NCBI RefSeq assembly: GCF_006345805.1
Contig: NC_043008.1
Span: 54,188,001-54,252,000 of the forward strand
Source of the DNA: Octopus sinensis
Taxonomy: Eukaryota
Reading direction: 5' to 3'
Length of the DNA stretch: 64,000 bases
Shown here: piece after piece, positions 54,641 to 64,000 of the stretch
Numbering within the stretch: position 1 is the stretch's first letter
Layout: the number at the start of each line of letters is the position of its first letter
Notes under the pieces: generated by a model
Databases searched by the model: none
Seen by the model: the letters and a program-made list of their open reading frames with translations, nothing else
Told to the model about the DNA's origin: nothing
Position numbers and translations under genes: made by a program

Positions 54641-55388
54641 TTATTTTTTAAAAGTTGGACCAGACACATACTTCTCTGAATGAACAAACTTATCTCAAAA
54701 AGTAAGTTTTTGACTCAGTGTATGTAGATTGAACAATTTGAAAAAAAGACTATAAACAATTAAATCGATCACAATTGTAAACGACTTCTTTGTTACTGTC
54801 TCTTATTCCCGATTTTATTAAGACGTAAAACCTTCTGACCTATAAGACTGCCTCTAGATTCGATCAGGTTCAAACACGCATGTCGTTGCATATGGGATAT
54901 CGACACGGTTCTTGGTTACAATTTCTTAAGCGATACAGCTACATCAGTTGAATGATAAATTTCTTGGTGTCCTTCGTAGAATAAATTTTTTTTAAAGAGT
55001 TAACTAATAATTTCATCCTAACAAACATTTCCAACAAATTTTGGAGATGTATTCGCCAGGCAAATAACTTGACCTGAGACTGTGTGTTGAAACTAAAACG
55101 ATTGCAGCGTGGAAGACATATATTTGCCGTTCAAAAACACACAAAGACTGTCAACTTCACAATGTTTAAGTGAAGTTAACAGTCTTCGTGTGTTTTTGAA
55201 CGGCTAATGTGTGTGTTCCACGCTGTAATTGGTTTAATTCGAATAAAGTATATGTTTTTCCCCTCCGTCACATCATCATGAAAGGTCATCCCCCACCATC
55301 AGGAGGTCCAGACACCCCAGCTTTAGGAACTGCTGCGTTATATAGTCCTTCACTAGTTATAGAAATAGGGGTTTGTTAATGCCCCATG

Positions 55389-55892
55389 GTGGAGGCGCAA
55401 TGGCCCAGCGGTTAGGGCAGCGGACTCGAGATCGTAAGATCGCGGTTTCGATCCCCAGACCGGGCATTGTGGGTGTTTATTGAACAAAAACACCTAAAGC
55501 TCCACGAGGCTCCAGCAGGGGGGGGCGAACCCTGCTGTACTCTTTCACCACAACTTTCTCTCACTCTTTCTTCTTGTTTCGTTGTACCTGTATTTCAAAT
55601 GGCCAGCCTTGTCAGACTCTGTGTCTTGCTGAATCTCCCCGAGAAATACATTAAGGGTACACGTGTCTGTGGAGTACTCAGCCACTTGCACGTTTATAAA
55701 TGAGCTGTGACGTCACTGGTGCCAAGCTGTATCGGCCTTTGCCTTCCCTTGGGTAACATCGGTGGTGTGGAGAGGGGAGGCCGGTATGTATGGGCGACTG
55801 CTGGTCTTCCAGAAACAACCTTGCCCAGACTTGTGCCTCGGAGGGTAACTTTCTAGGTGCAATCCCATGGTCATTAATGACCGAAGGGGATC
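55389..55892 (+). mobile_element. SINE family D head and body joined to a family C tail
   Basis: 5' part matches the reverse complement of about 59130-59320; 3' part from CACTGGTGCCAAGCTG matches family C. Confidence 0.85.
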
Positions 55893-56922
55893 ACAACACC
55901 ACAAAAATGTCCATGAGAGTGACGTTAGGAATGAAAGGGGTATTCGATACCATAGCAGAGAAATACCGTCCCCCACCACCACCACAAGGCTACCGCCATT
56001 TATCTGGATCACAAGGGTACATATTCCGGGTGTATATTCCGCTGCACTCCCATCGAAAATGGCAAGTTCATTATAAATATTAACCTTGCTCGTTAATTTA
56101 ATCACAAATCTTAATAGGAAACTTTTGTTATACCCCTGCTTGAAATTTTCTGGCACTCGATGTGGTGGCACACCCAATATAACAACCACCATACGCCACT
56201 GCGGACCAGTCCTCCCTCACACAAATCGAGTGGCCTTGTTCTGGTGGCAGAAATCGTTATTAAATTAAATATCCGACATAACCACTTTCGTATTTACAAA
56301 ATTCTGAAACACCTTATAAATGTGAGGTTTAAAAAGATATTATTAATGTCTAGGAAAAATGTAAGAAATAAAATTCATTGAATTATTTTTATGAGAAGAC
56401 CTTATAACATCATCATATACGAAACTTTCAGGCTTGTATTGCTTTCATAGGAAAAAGGAAAACAAATTCTAAGAAACGGAAATTACCAGTAATTTTGCTT
56501 CGCTAAAATCTTTCTAAAAACCTATATATATTTTACATTAAGAATGTTTGAAGTTTGAATGGTATACATTTGATAAACAGAAAAAATACTAGAATAAAAA
56601 TAATTTGAATAAAAGCATAATATTCTTACTTAAGTTTTCAAAGAAACAGATAGACATATAAAGAAGCATAGAATTAGTTTTGAAATTCTTAGTCTTTTAC
56701 ATTTCATGCGATAAAAGAAAGAGAGGAAAAAATTAAGAACTTTCTATGTTTAAATAAAGAAGTAGAACGTTTCTCTCTCTGTATTTTGGAAGATCGTTAA
56801 ACTGATAAAGAAAATTATATTTTATTATATTTTTTTTGTCTGTTTTTGGAATCGTTTCTCTTTTTTCTTTATTTATTATTTTATTTCATTATATTTTGTT
56901 TATTTATCTTATTTGTTTGCAG

Positions 56923-56963
56923 TGTTGGATAACGATCGAGACAGCAAGCCACGTTTTTGGAAG
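56923..56963 (+). CDS. Candidate micro-exon (LDNDRDSKPRFWK)
   Basis: Strong acceptor TTATTTGTTTGCAG; moderate donor AAG|GTGTGA. Confidence 0.25.
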
Positions 56964-57023
56964 GTGTGAAGAAAATGAAACTGAAACCAAATCAATGTGT
57001 ATGTGCACACACACGCACACACA

Positions 57024-57122
<99 letters not shown>

Positions 57123-57317
57123 GTATATAGACACACGTGTGTGTGAGGGAATGAAGAAGTTACATAGCAACGTGGACAAGTGTGAGCATTATTATGAATC
57201 CGTTACATATTTTTTTTGTTGCTGTTGCTGTTTATGTGTTTGTTATTATTTTTATTGTTTTCGTCTTATTTCGTTTTTGTTTTTTTTTTGCATTCTTGTG
57301 TCCTTTGTAATCCGAAG

Positions 57318-57349
57318 AACAACTACAAGAAAGTCTTGTGGCAAATAAG
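57318..57349 (+). CDS. Candidate micro-exon (NNYKKVLWQI or EQLQESLVANK)
   Basis: Long polypyrimidine tract; donor AAG|GTAACA. Confidence 0.25.
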
Positions 57350-57881
57350 GTAACATAACGCAGACATAAAAAAGGGAAGAAGAAAGGTATTTCATGGTTC
57401 ACTATGAATGCATCATCATCATCATCATCATCATCACCAACAGCAATACCAACAACATTACTAATACAATGATAATGTACTCAATCCCTCCTTTCACTAC
57501 CTTTTCCCAAAAGCAAAAAAAAAAAGACGGGCCTGTTATGGAAATAGCGAGAGCTAAGATCTAAAAATTCAGTATTGATAATCAGAAAAGGGGAAACTGT
57601 GAACATAACGGCTATTTGTATTTGTTGACTTTTAGTTCGTGAGTGGCTCAGATATTTGGGAAAGGGGTTTGGAACCTAAAGCACACACACACACACACAC
57701 ATACATTCAATCTGCCCCCTCTTACTTACTTGCTCGCTGTTTCCTCTTCTGTAAATCTATTCGTCAGCCAGTAACGGAGAGCGAAGAGGGGTGACTCAAA
57801 AGAAGAAAAAAAAGGGGGAGGTTTGTTTTGTTAACATACAAGCAACTATGACCCCATATAAAAGTAAGGTTGTCCATTCAG

Positions 57882-57982
57882 CTGACAACAGATGCACGTT
57901 GTCTCTCTCTCTCGGACCAACAACAAGCTTTTCTCAACGATGCATTCAAATGTTTTGTATCAACTTTTTGTGCTGACCACCG
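57882..57982 (+). CDS. Candidate exon: either a first coding exon (MHSNVLYQLFVLTT from ATG 57940, phase-1 donor) or an internal exon (LTTDARCLSLSDQQQAFLNDAFKCFVSTFCADH)
   Basis: Consensus donor CCG|GTAAGT at 57983; acceptor TCCATTCAG; two usable frames. Confidence 0.4.
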
Positions 57983-58947
57983 GTAAGTTTACATGAATTT
58001 TATTAGCAATCTTTAACCCAACAATTACAGCAACAACAACATGTTTTGCTTATTTTACATTCAAGTGGGGTTGCGCCTGTTTTTCCTCACCTTTATTTTT
58101 TTTTCTTTTTAACCTTAAATTCCTTCCATTTTCGTCTCTGAGATTTCTTATCATGAATCATTTGCGGATTATTCCAGCATCAAATCCAGAAATTAAGCCA
58201 TTCATCGAAGAATATATTTTCCTATTAGAGACTCTGCTTGAAGTTTTCTGTATTCCGTTTCCTCAAAAGTTTGGTCGTAAATAGCAATGGCTGTGTGATT
58301 GGTTAAGAAGATCGTTTTGCAGCTACGACATTTTCGGTTCAATCCCATTGCATGGCAACATGAGAAAGTGCTGTTATTATTTTTTTTTCTACTGTTTTTC
58401 TACGACCAAATGTTCAACAGAAACTGAGAAAGTTCATCGAAGGGGAACGATATTGTGCTGGAGTGTAGGCTTTTATCGGAGTCCATTTTAATACAAGTAT
58501 TTGAGCTAGGTCTCTCGTCTAAAATAAACTCTTTCATTCCGACTGCCAATCCTAGAGGCCTTGAAGGGAGCTTATAAGTGCTGCGTTTCATCCTTTGACT
58601 AAATGAATGAAAATATAAAGCTAACAGACGTACATTATCATTTTTCCCAACGAAGTTTGGTTTAAGTATTCGTGGTTCCTGATTCCTGTATACTATCTCG
58701 TGTATATGTCTTGTACTAAAGCCTCGTAAGTGAATTTTGTAGACAGAAACTATCTCCCAAATTCGCTTACAAGGAGTGTATATAGAATGTATTATACCAG
58801 TATCTCTTTTTTTTTTTAAACAGCCCGGTGTAAATTACTCAAGCAAATCTCAAGTAAATTACATTGAGATCTAGCTGTTGTTTCTTATAGATCAAGCAAC
58901 TAAGTCAGTTTCCCCGCGTTGTCTTGGTCGTTATTGCAGCTGCTGCT

Positions 58948-59320
58948 TGTTTGTTGAGCGAAGCGGTTTTCGTCCCATTAGTGGGAGAAGTCCGAAACGT
59001 GGTCCTTTGCTATTCGTAAGACCCGCATAAGAGAAAGCAGGTCAACCCCCGACACCGAGAGCATCGACGGATGGATGAATGAATGCGCATCCAGGCTCAG
59101 CGGTTGCGTAGGAAGTCGGGGACAAGAAACAGGAAGAAAGAGTGAGAAAAAGTTGGAGCGAAAGAGTACAACAGGGATCACCACCACACCCTGCCGGAGC
59201 CTCGTGGAGTTTTAGGTGTTCTCGCTCAATAAACACACACAACGCCCGGTCTGGGAATCGAAACCGCGATCCTCCAACCGCGAGTCCGCTGCCCTAATCA
59301 CTGGGCCATTGCGCCTCCAC
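58948..59320 (-). mobile_element. SINE family D, full length, 13-bp TSD TGCAGCTGCTGCT
   Basis: TSD at 58935-58947 and 59321-59333; head GTGGAGGCGCAATGGCCCAGTG...GGTTTCGATTCCC. Confidence 0.92.
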
Positions 59321-59731
59321 TGCAGCTGCTGCTACGTTTTAGCCTCAGGTCAGGCCTTTTGAAACAAACCTAAGACTAAAGGCGATCCAGTCCAAAAGTT
59401 TCTAAAACACCATTTCATGTGCCCTTCCTGTTTTAAGACGGTAGAATAGGTTTTGGGCTTGACTTGGCTGCAATTTCTATCAGGCTGAGCAACTTCGTAG
59501 AGGCACTGTTGACGTTGATTTTTAGACCCAGGTCAGCTCTACTGTTTTTAGCGGATCGAGCAACCAAGTAAAGACTTCGTGTTACTAATACCGTTTCTGG
59601 TGCATTGATGATTCCATTGCTGTATTACCATAAATCTGAGATGCTTCAAGATAAATGTAACCGTTTCACATACTTAGAAAATAGACAAATAACGAAGGGA
59701 GTTTATCATCAAGCAATATTAAAGTCTTCAA

Positions 59732-60165
59732 TAAGGCAGCGAGCTGGCAGAATCGTTAGCACGACGCGCAAAATGCTTAGCGGAATTTCATCTGCTACGT
59801 TCTGAGTTCAAATTCCGCCGAAGTCGACTTTGCCTTTCATCCTCTCGGGGTCGATAAATTAAGTACCAGTTACGCACTGGGGTCGATCTAATCGACTTAA
59901 TCCCTTTGTCTGTCCTTGTTTGTCCCCTCTATCTTTAGCTCCTTGTGGGCAATAAAGAAATAAGAATCGTTAGCACGACGCGCAAATTGCTTAGCAGAAT
60001 TTCGACCGTCTTTACGCTCTGAGTTCAAATTCCATCGAAGCAGACTTTGCCTTTCAGGGTCGATAAAATAAGTACCAGTTGTTCAGTGGAGTCGATGTAA
60101 TCGACTTAACCCCCGCTTCGGAATTGCTGGCCTTGTGCCAAAATTTGAAACCAATGTTATCAATC
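59732..60165 (+). mobile_element. SINE family A tail-1 unit joined to a tail-2 unit, with a duplicated head segment
   Basis: AGAATCGTTAGCACGACGCGCAAA is present in both units. Confidence 0.88.
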
Positions 60166-60249
60166 GCAAGTGTTTTTCTTTTATTTTTATGAACAGCGAA
60201 GTTTTTGCACTAAAATATATAAAACTGTTGGCAAGGCTGCGGGGATAAG

Positions 60250-60925
60250 AGTCTCGCTTTGTAGCCACCTAGTTTGGGGTTCAGTCCCACTGTGCGGTCC
60301 CTTGGTCAAGTGCCTTCTGATATAGCCCTAGGCCTTGTGAGAGAATGTTTTAGACGGATACTGCATCGAATCCTGTCGTGTATATATACACACACACACA
60401 TGCACGCACGCATGCACACACACACACACACACATATACATACATTCATACACACATACACACACGTACATACGTATGTACGTACATACGTATGTACGTA
60501 CATACATACATACATACATACACACACACATACACACACTGACGTACGTACATACATACATACACACACATACGTACGTATGTACGTACATAGATACATA
60601 CATACACACACATACATACATACATACACACACATACGTACGTATGTATGTACATACATACATACATACATACATACATACATACATACGTGTGCGTATG
60701 CATAAATGTGTGTGTGTGTGTATGTGTGTGTGTGTGTGTGTATTTATGTTTAAGTTCGTCTTCACACTCACACACCGCTTCACAACCACTGTTGGTTTAC
60801 CCTCTGCTTAACTTAGCAGTTCAGCAAAAGAGACCGACAGAATAAGTACTGAAGTCGATTTTTTTCAACAAAGCCTTGAAGGAGGTGCTCCAGCATGGTC
60901 ACAGTGAAATGACTAAAACAAGAAT
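60250..60925 (+). mobile_element. SINE family B with a ~400-bp expanded internal microsatellite
   Basis: Head and core at 60250-60360; tail at 60760-60925. Confidence 0.8.
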
Positions 60926-61330
60926 AATATTTCCGATGAAACATTTTTGCCAATTATTTCAGAAAACGCACGGATGGACCTACAAGACAACCCCTAGAAA
61001 TAGTAGCTAAATTTCTCTCAAACCAAAGAGTAGTCTCTCTGCATTAGAAGTTATAATATTTTCTGATGAGACATATTTGCCAATAATTTAAACACGCATA
61101 CATAAATCAACGAGAAAACTCCTATGGGGATGCTGTTCATACTAGAAATAGCAGCTAGTCTCCCGAATCAAGCAGCAACCTACTTACGCCAAAACATATT
61201 TTTTTATGTTTTCCGATGTAATATCTCGACCAACAATTTAAACACACGCACGGGGGAACCCAATGAATGTACCCCTTTTGTGGTCATGTGATTTGCTAGA
61301 AATCACACCCTACCGTCTTTATAACAGGGT
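60925..61330. repeat. Three degenerate 130-150-bp units of a dispersed repeat
   Basis: Anchor TTC(C/T)GATG at 60931, 61061 and 61211, each followed by CTAGAAAT; related sequence on the minus strand near 53900 and 59440. Confidence 0.6.
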
Positions 61331-61721
61331 ACTTTGGATAATGTGGACCTGAAATCCATGCACATAAGAAAAACGACGGGATAGCCACGGCTGGAAAGCT
61401 TTTGCTCATAGGTTTCCAAGATCGATATTGCTAAACAACAAGCAAGTGCATATTTTGTAATAAAATGTGTTATTCTCTATATACTGCTAAAAAGATGGCA
61501 TGGTCACGACTGGAATACGTCGGTTAATGGGTTTCCTCGATCGGAGCTATCCTGGAAGTAAACAACAATCATACTATACAAGGAAAAATATTGGCAAACA
61601 TGATTTTCTTTTTTTCCTACACACGACAATAATTGCTTCTACTTTCTTGCCAAACGAAGACACATCAAATACCATTTTAGTAGTTTATAAATTATAGATT
61701 ATACATACTATATATATATAT

Positions 61722-61945
61722 AGGCGAGCTGGCAGACACGTTAGCACACCGGGCGAAATGCGTAGTCGTATTTCGTCTGCCGTTACGCTCTGAGTTCAAA
61801 TTCCGCCGAGGTCGACTTTGCCTTTCATCCTTTCGGGGTCGATAAATTAAGTACCAGTTTCGCACTGGGGTCGATGTAATCGACTTAATTCCTCTGTCTG
61901 TCCTTGTTTGTCCCCTCTATGTTTAGCCCCTTGTGGGTAGTAAAC
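61722..61945 (+). mobile_element. SINE family A, full length
   Basis: Family match. Confidence 0.9.
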
Positions 61946-61974
61946 ATATATATTATATATATATACATATAAAC

Positions 61975-62358
61975 TCTCTCTTTACCCTTTTACTTGTTTC
62001 AGTCATTTTACTGTGGCCATGCTGGAGCACCGCCTTTAATCGAGCAACTCGATCCCCGGGACTTATTCTTTCGTAAGCCCAGTACTTATTCTATCGGTCT
62101 CTTTTGCCGAACCGCTAGGAAACGGGGGCATAAACACACCAGCATCGGTTGTCAAGCAATGCTAGGGGGACAAACACACACACGCATATATATACGACGG
62201 GCTTCTTTCAGTTTCCGTCTACCAAATCCACTCACAAGGCTTTGGTCGGCCCGAGGCTATAGTAGAAGACACTTGCCCAAAGTGCCACGCAGTAGGACTG
62301 AACCCGGAACCATGTGGTTGGTAAACAAGCTACTTACCACGCAGCCACTCCTGCGCCT
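61975..62358 (-). mobile_element. SINE family B, full length, short interior
   Basis: Family match. Confidence 0.9.
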
Positions 62359-62800
62359 ACATACATATATATATATATACAGAAACACACACTTATACAC
62401 ACATATAGGACGTCTCCACACTCACGCACCGCTTGACAACCACTGTTGGTTTGCCCTCTCCTTAACTTAGCAGTTCAGCTAAAGAGACCGACAGAATAAG
62501 TACTGAGGTCGATTTTTTCACAGAAACACACACTTATACACACATATAGGACGGGTTACTTTCAGTTTCCGTTTACTAAATACACTCACAGAGCTATAGT
62601 AGAAAACTCTTGTTGAAGACGCCATGCAGTGAGATTGAACCCAAAGCCATGTGGTTGAGATGCAAATGTTTTAAGAGCCATCAGGAATTATGACTTCCCT
62701 GTTTTGTACTTCTGCGCTGCTAACTTTTTAACAACCAATATTTCGGTATCGTTTCTGTATTTCGAAAAAAAAAACCCACATGGATAGATAGTTAGATAGA

Positions 62801-62910
<110 letters not shown>

Positions 62911-62929
62911 CACAGACAGACAGACAGAC

Positions 62930-63009
<80 letters not shown>

Positions 63010-63216
63010 TCCTATATATATAAATACATATATAACATATATATATATAATTATATATACATTTATGTATATAGAGAGAGAGCGAGAGACAAAGACAGAG
63101 AGAGTGAAAGAGTGATAAATAATTAAATATATATGTATGTACGTATGCATGTATATACATACATATATATGTATATATATGCATATATATATCTTATATA
63201 TATATATATATCTATA

Positions 63217-63249
<33 letters not shown>

Positions 63250-63400
63250 CATTTATGCGTATACATATATGCATACGCATACACACACACATTCTAAGAG
63301 ATGGGGAGCTTCCGAGTGATCGCAGGAGGCAACATGGGGTTCCTCCACATGGTCATTACTTATCAATAAAATAAAACGGCTACGATTGAAACGGCTTTAA

Positions 63401-63621
63401 CCCTTTAGCATTCAAACCGGCCATATCTGTCCAAAATATTTAACCTGTTTTATATTGAAACTGACCAGATCTCGCCTCTAACCTCAGCCCTACCATGTCA
63501 TTCTAAAACTAAAAAAATCACATCACTGAAATCTCTAAACTACAAGATAATGCAGGCATAATTCAAACCATTTTAAATAAACAAACATCACATTTGATAG
63601 AATAATCTGAACACTAAAGGG
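63401..63621. mobile_element. piggyBac-like MITE
   Basis: TTAA|CCCTTTAGCATTCA...TGAACACTAAAGGG; the right TTAA is degenerate (ATTC). Confidence 0.6.
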
Positions 63622-64000
63622 ATTCAACTCTGTTATGGTGATCGACAACAGTAACAGCGATTTTTCCTTAAAGTGCTCTTTGCCATTTCGCATCTTGACA
63701 CACTTACAAAATAGAGATGACAGCTCTTTTTTTTTTTTTTTTTTTTTGTCGTTTTTTTTGTCTTATCTCGTAAGTTAAGAAAAATGCGCAAAATCGATTG
63801 TCTTTTATTGATTTTATACTCCGTTGCCTCTGACACAGAAATTTTTCGATTGACAATTCAATTAAAGCCTTCAGTCATCGCTGCACTAAAGACAACGCAA
63901 AACTATTGAATGGGCCTCTATGTGGTCGATCGTCTTTGCTAAAAATACTGACTTCAAATTTTGGCACAAGGCCGGCAATTTTGCGAAGAGGGATTGGTCG

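Noticed and set aside
55713-56192. 159-aa minus-strand ORF
   Set aside because: About one third is antisense SINE tail; the remainder has no recognisable domain
58960-59010. Hairpin plus GAAA in the SINE D tail resembling a hammerhead helix II
   Set aside because: No CUGANGA-like core on either strand

Overview
AT-rich, microsatellite-saturated animal genomic DNA, mostly intronic or intergenic. The SINE content and simple-repeat density strongly suggest a coleoid cephalopod, probably Octopus; this is inference, not a database result. Almost all ORFs in the supplied track are simple-repeat artefacts. Recognisable content: (i) dozens of tRNA-derived SINE copies in four families, labelled here A-D, some with clear target-site duplications; (ii) decayed Tc1, mariner (D34D), Helitron-helicase, CR1/L2-like, RTE-like and R4/Dong-like fragments, two HINE-like non-autonomous elements and a piggyBac-like MITE; (iii) a 5'-truncated Penelope-like retroelement (RT + GIY-YIG) at about 41.7-44.75 kb, with a 112/112-nt identical inverted pseudo-LTR segment and a hammerhead-ribozyme-like motif; (iv) five further hammerhead-like motifs with variant cores, three of them in a second pLTR-like family abutting (TA)n; (v) a ~290-bp fold-back palindrome, a 31-bp ETS/STAT-motif minisatellite, a C-rich/G-rich minisatellite and a 1.13-kb tandem duplication; (vi) a few isolated, unidentified candidate host exons. 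No rRNA, intact tRNA, CRISPR array or intact protein-coding gene could be supported.
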